Origin: an uncultured Acidimicrobiia bacterium
GTDB lineage: Bacteria > Actinomycetota > Acidimicrobiia > Spongiisociales > UBA5794
DNA length: 64,000 bases
Direction: 5' to 3'
Assembly: GCA_963714055.1 (NCBI GenBank)
Contig: OY970227.1
Coordinates: 20,829-84,828, forward strand
Numbering within the stretch: position 1 is the first letter of the stretch; every line of letters starts with the position of its first letter. Shown in pieces: positions 60,748 to 64,000 of this stretch. The position numbers were made by a program, and so were the translations under genes. Below the pieces are notes generated by a model. That model was not told where the DNA came from. It made no database searches and was given only the letters and a program-made list of their open reading frames with translations.

Positions 60748-60782
60748 GAGGCGGGCGGCCGGGGGACGTGGCCGCCCGCCTC
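60748..60782. terminator. Strong GC hairpin between convergent modC and dhaK (likely bidirectional intrinsic terminator)
   Basis: GAGGCGGGCGGCC-gggggacgt-GGCCGCCCGCCTC: a perfect 13-bp stem with a 9-nt loop and no obvious U-tract (common in high-GC actinobacteria). Confidence 0.6.
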
Positions 60783-60796
60783 GAACCTCGACCTGT

Positions 60797-61792
<996 letters not shown>

Positions 61793-61834
61793 TCGTCGGC
61801 CTCCTGTTCCATGGTGTGCCTGTTCTGTTCTTGC

Positions 61835-62482
61835 CTATTCGGGGTGCCGGTCGCGCCAGGCGGCGCTGACGGCTTGGAGGATCACGCCGATGGCCGTGGC
61901 ACCGGCGTCGACCGACTCACGGCTGCGGTCGCCGGTGTAGGCGGCCCTCCCACGCATGGCGAGCATGCCCAGGGTGTCTTCCGCAGCCTTGACGGCGACG
62001 TCGGCGGCCTTCTGCAAGGCGACCGAGCCGTCCTCACCCGCCTTGAAGCTCTCCTCGAGGCTGTCGACCGCCGGGACCAGGGCATCGAGCAGGGTCTTGT
62101 CGCCGAGCGACGCTTCTCCTCGGTGCATGATCCCGGCGATGGCGGCCCGCAGGATCTCGATGACGTCGTCCGAGGTCAGCTCCGTCTTGTCGCCGGCGGC
62201 GGCCGCCGCCCGCATGAAGGCGGTGCCCCAGATGGGGCCGCTCACCCCGCCGACCTTGCCCGACATGACGAACCCGATCTTCTTGAGGATCGTCCCCGGG
62301 TTGGTCCGGTCGAAGGTGTCGTAGTCGGCGACCACGACCTCGAAGCCGTTCCTCAGCGAGAAGCCGAAGTCGCCGTCGCCGGCGACCGCGTCGAGCTGCG
62401 CGAAGTGGTCTGCGTTGTCGACGATCGTCGTCGCCATCGTCTGGATGACGAGGTCGAAGTCGTCGAGCGCAGTTCCTGCCAT
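61835..62482 (-). CDS. dhaL: Dihydroxyacetone kinase, DhaL (nucleotide-binding) subunit
   Basis: LDAVAGDGDFGFSL and GGVSGPIWG motifs. 215 aa. Confidence 0.9.
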   Translation of the reverse strand: MAGTALDDFDLVIQTMATTIVDNADHFAQLDAVAGDGDFGFSLRNGFEVVVADYDTFDRTNPGTILKKIGFVMSGKVGGVSGPIWGTAFMRAAAAAGDKTELTSDDVIEILRAAIAGIMHRGEASLGDKTLLDALVPAVDSLEESFKAGEDGSVALQKAADVAVKAAEDTLGMLAMRGRAAYTGDRSRESVDAGATAIGVILQAVSAAWRDRHPE

Positions 62483-62536
62483 ACGAACCTCCTCGGTGCG
62501 GTTGATCGGTTGACGTCGTCGGACGCCGCCTCGGGG

Positions 62537-63313
62537 TCAGGACTCGAGGCAGCGCTCCAGATCCGCCAAGGTGATGTAGTCGCCAGGTTGCGCCCCGCTC
62601 CGGTTCGCGATCACGCGGGCCGGCTCCCCTCCCGGGTCTCCCAGCGACGAAACGACGAGTGTTGCTTCGCTGTTGTCCTCCTCTTCCGTGTATCCGTTGA
62701 CCGTCATCACGCAACGGAGCCCGGCGGCCACCGCCGCCAGCAGGCCGTTGCGCGAGTCCTCGATGACCAGTGCGTCGTCGACGCCCACCCCGAGCCGTTC
62801 CAACGCCAGCAGGTAGATGTCGGGGGCCGGCTTCTTGTTGGCGACGACGTCTCCGGCCAGCACCACGTCGAACCGGGCGGCGCGTTCCGGCCCGGCCGCC
62901 TGCTCGAGGATTGCCCTCACCGAGGGCTCCGCCGAGGTCGAGGCCACCGCCACCTCCCAGCCGGCGTCCTGGGCCTCGGTGATGATCCGCCGGATGCCCG
63001 GCCGGGTGGGAAGCCTGCCGGCGGCGACCATGTCGGTGTAGATGGCCGTCTTCGCCTTGTGCCACCTGGCCAGCTCGGCGGCGCGGCCCTCGTCGTCGGC
63101 GGGCAGCCCGTTGGCGGCGGCGAACTCCGGGGTGTAGTCGGTGGCCATCCGCTCCTTGCCGCCTGCCGTCTTCAGCTTCACGGCGTACTCCTGCTCGTCC
63201 CAGCTGAGCGGTAGCCCGAACTGCTCGAAGGTGGCGTTGAAGGCGACCCGGTGGCCGTCGCGCTCGGTGTCGGCGAGGACCCCGTCGCAGTCGAAGATGA
63301 GCGCCCTCACCAT
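62537..63313 (-). CDS. HAD-superfamily phosphatase, CbbY-like
   Basis: LIFDCDGVLADTE (motif I), ASTS (motif II region), KKPAPDIY, EDSRNG. Confidence 0.85.
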   Translation of the reverse strand: MVRALIFDCDGVLADTERDGHRVAFNATFEQFGLPLSWDEQEYAVKLKTAGGKERMATDYTPEFAAANGLPADDEGRAAELARWHKAKTAIYTDMVAAGRLPTRPGIRRIITEAQDAGWEVAVASTSAEPSVRAILEQAAGPERAARFDVVLAGDVVANKKPAPDIYLLALERLGVGVDDALVIEDSRNGLLAAVAAGLRCVMTVNGYTEEEDNSEATLVVSSLGDPGGEPARVIANRSGAQPGDYITLADLERCLES

Positions 63314-64000
63314 GCTTTGCCGTCGCTCCCGAACATGCGGATGTGCTCGCGGGTCATGTCCATCACCGCTTCGCGCTGGACGGCGAACTGCGAAGGCGGG
63401 TCGTACTTTCCGGGGTTCTCGGTCATGTGGTCGTATCCGGACTGCATCAACCGGATCTTGAGCGCCGTCGAGATGTTGACCTTGGCACAGCCTCGGGCGA
63501 TGAGGTCGGTGAACTGGTCAGGGCTCATCCCGGTGCCGCCGTGGAGCGCCACCGGGATCCCGGTGGCCTCGACCAGGTCGGTCACCCGCTGGTTGTCGAG
63601 CTTGGGGGCCCGTTGGTAGGTGCCGTGGGCGTTGCCGATGGCCGGGGCGAACACGTCTATGCCCGTGTACGTGATGAAGTCGACCGAGGTCGCCAGGTCC
63701 TGTTCGGACTCGACGTCCTCGTCACCGAGGTCCTCGGTCCGCTTGAACCCCTCGATCTCGCCCTCGACGAGCGCCCCGAAGGGCTCGGCCTCCGCCACCA
63801 CCTCGGCGCACTGCTCCCTGTTCTCCTCGACGCTGAGGTTGGACCCGTCGAAGAGCACCGAGTTCCAGCCCTTCTCCAGGCAGAGGCTGATGACCTCGCG
63901 CTCCGGGCAATGGTCGAGGTGGAGCGCCACCGGCACGTCCAAGCCGGCGGTCATCGCCGTCCACATGGCGTAGAGGACATCCGCTCCGATCGATTTCACG
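63307..64000 (-). CDS. Class II ketose-bisphosphate aldolase (fructose/tagatose-bisphosphate aldolase family). The 3' part is present; the gene starts beyond the right edge.
   Basis: ALHLDH, GNAHG and ALHGGTG metal/phosphate motifs. The ORF is open to the window end, and its stop overlaps the HAD start by 7 nt. Confidence 0.85.
   Translation of the reverse strand, partial: VKSIGADVLYAMWTAMTAGLDVPVALHLDHCPEREVISLCLEKGWNSVLFDGSNLSVEENREQCAEVVAEAEPFGALVEGEIEGFKRTEDLGDEDVESEQDLATSVDFITYTGIDVFAPAIGNAHGTYQRAPKLDNQRVTDLVEATGIPVALHGGTGMSPDQFTDLIARGCAKVNISTALKIRLMQSGYDHMTENPGKYDPPSQFAVQREAVMDMTREHIRMFGSDGKAW

Overview
This is a 64-kb, high-GC (roughly 70%) chromosomal segment. It looks actinobacterial: it has a mycothiol-type DinB/maleylpyruvate-isomerase-family gene, lipoprotein signals of the AACGGDD type, and many ATGA/GTGA start-stop overlaps. 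Any finer taxonomy would be a guess. I can support about 65 protein-coding loci. I saw no rRNA, tRNA, CRISPR array, transposase, integrase or phage gene.

Gene content, left to right:
(1) 1-11.8 kb: a 12-gene minus-strand catabolic island. It holds three amidohydrolase-superfamily enzymes, an isochorismatase-type amidase, DUF1989, an aldehyde dehydrogenase, a class II aldolase-like protein, a NitT/TauT-type ABC importer, a class III transaminase and an FAD oxidoreductase.
(2) 11.9-12.1 kb: two tandem copies of a 47-nt palindromic element in a divergent intergenic region. A third, inverted copy lies at 26.6 kb.
(3) A P-type cation ATPase, a DUF6325-like protein, a SHOCT protein and a ThrE-family exporter.
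(4) An arginine deiminase cluster, arcB-arcC-arcA, followed by NhaC-type and YfcC-type transporters.
(5) An APC permease, CPBP protease, DHA2 MFS transporter, AlkZ/YcaQ-like glycosylase, MDR oxidoreductase, alpha/beta hydrolase with HxlR regulator, GNAT, prenyltransferase-repeat protein, DUF72 and a methyltransferase.
(6) vapBC, an unknown coiled-coil protein and a 2-TM DUF4231/SLATT-like protein, then recD-recB-recC.
(7) A HAD dehalogenase, DUF429, a Rho_N-domain protein, a micropeptide, a CYTH-like protein, and AlkB plus a HEAT-repeat alkylation-repair-like protein.
(8) A GntR regulator, DinB-family protein, dehydrogenase, serine hydrolase, NhaA, a Mop-type regulator with modABC, and dhaK-dhaL-HAD-aldolase.

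About 25 single-nucleotide indels break 12 otherwise well-conserved genes, and about 15 of them fall inside recBCD. From one sequence I cannot tell whether this is assembly error or real gene decay.

The most interesting observations are the repeated palindromic element, the unrecognised composition of the catabolic island, the vapBC / unknown / SLATT-like islet next to the indel-riddled recBCD, and the DUF429 / Rho_N / CYTH-like group. I found no clear-cut new defence or mobile system. All functional calls come from motif and family recognition by eye, not from database searches.
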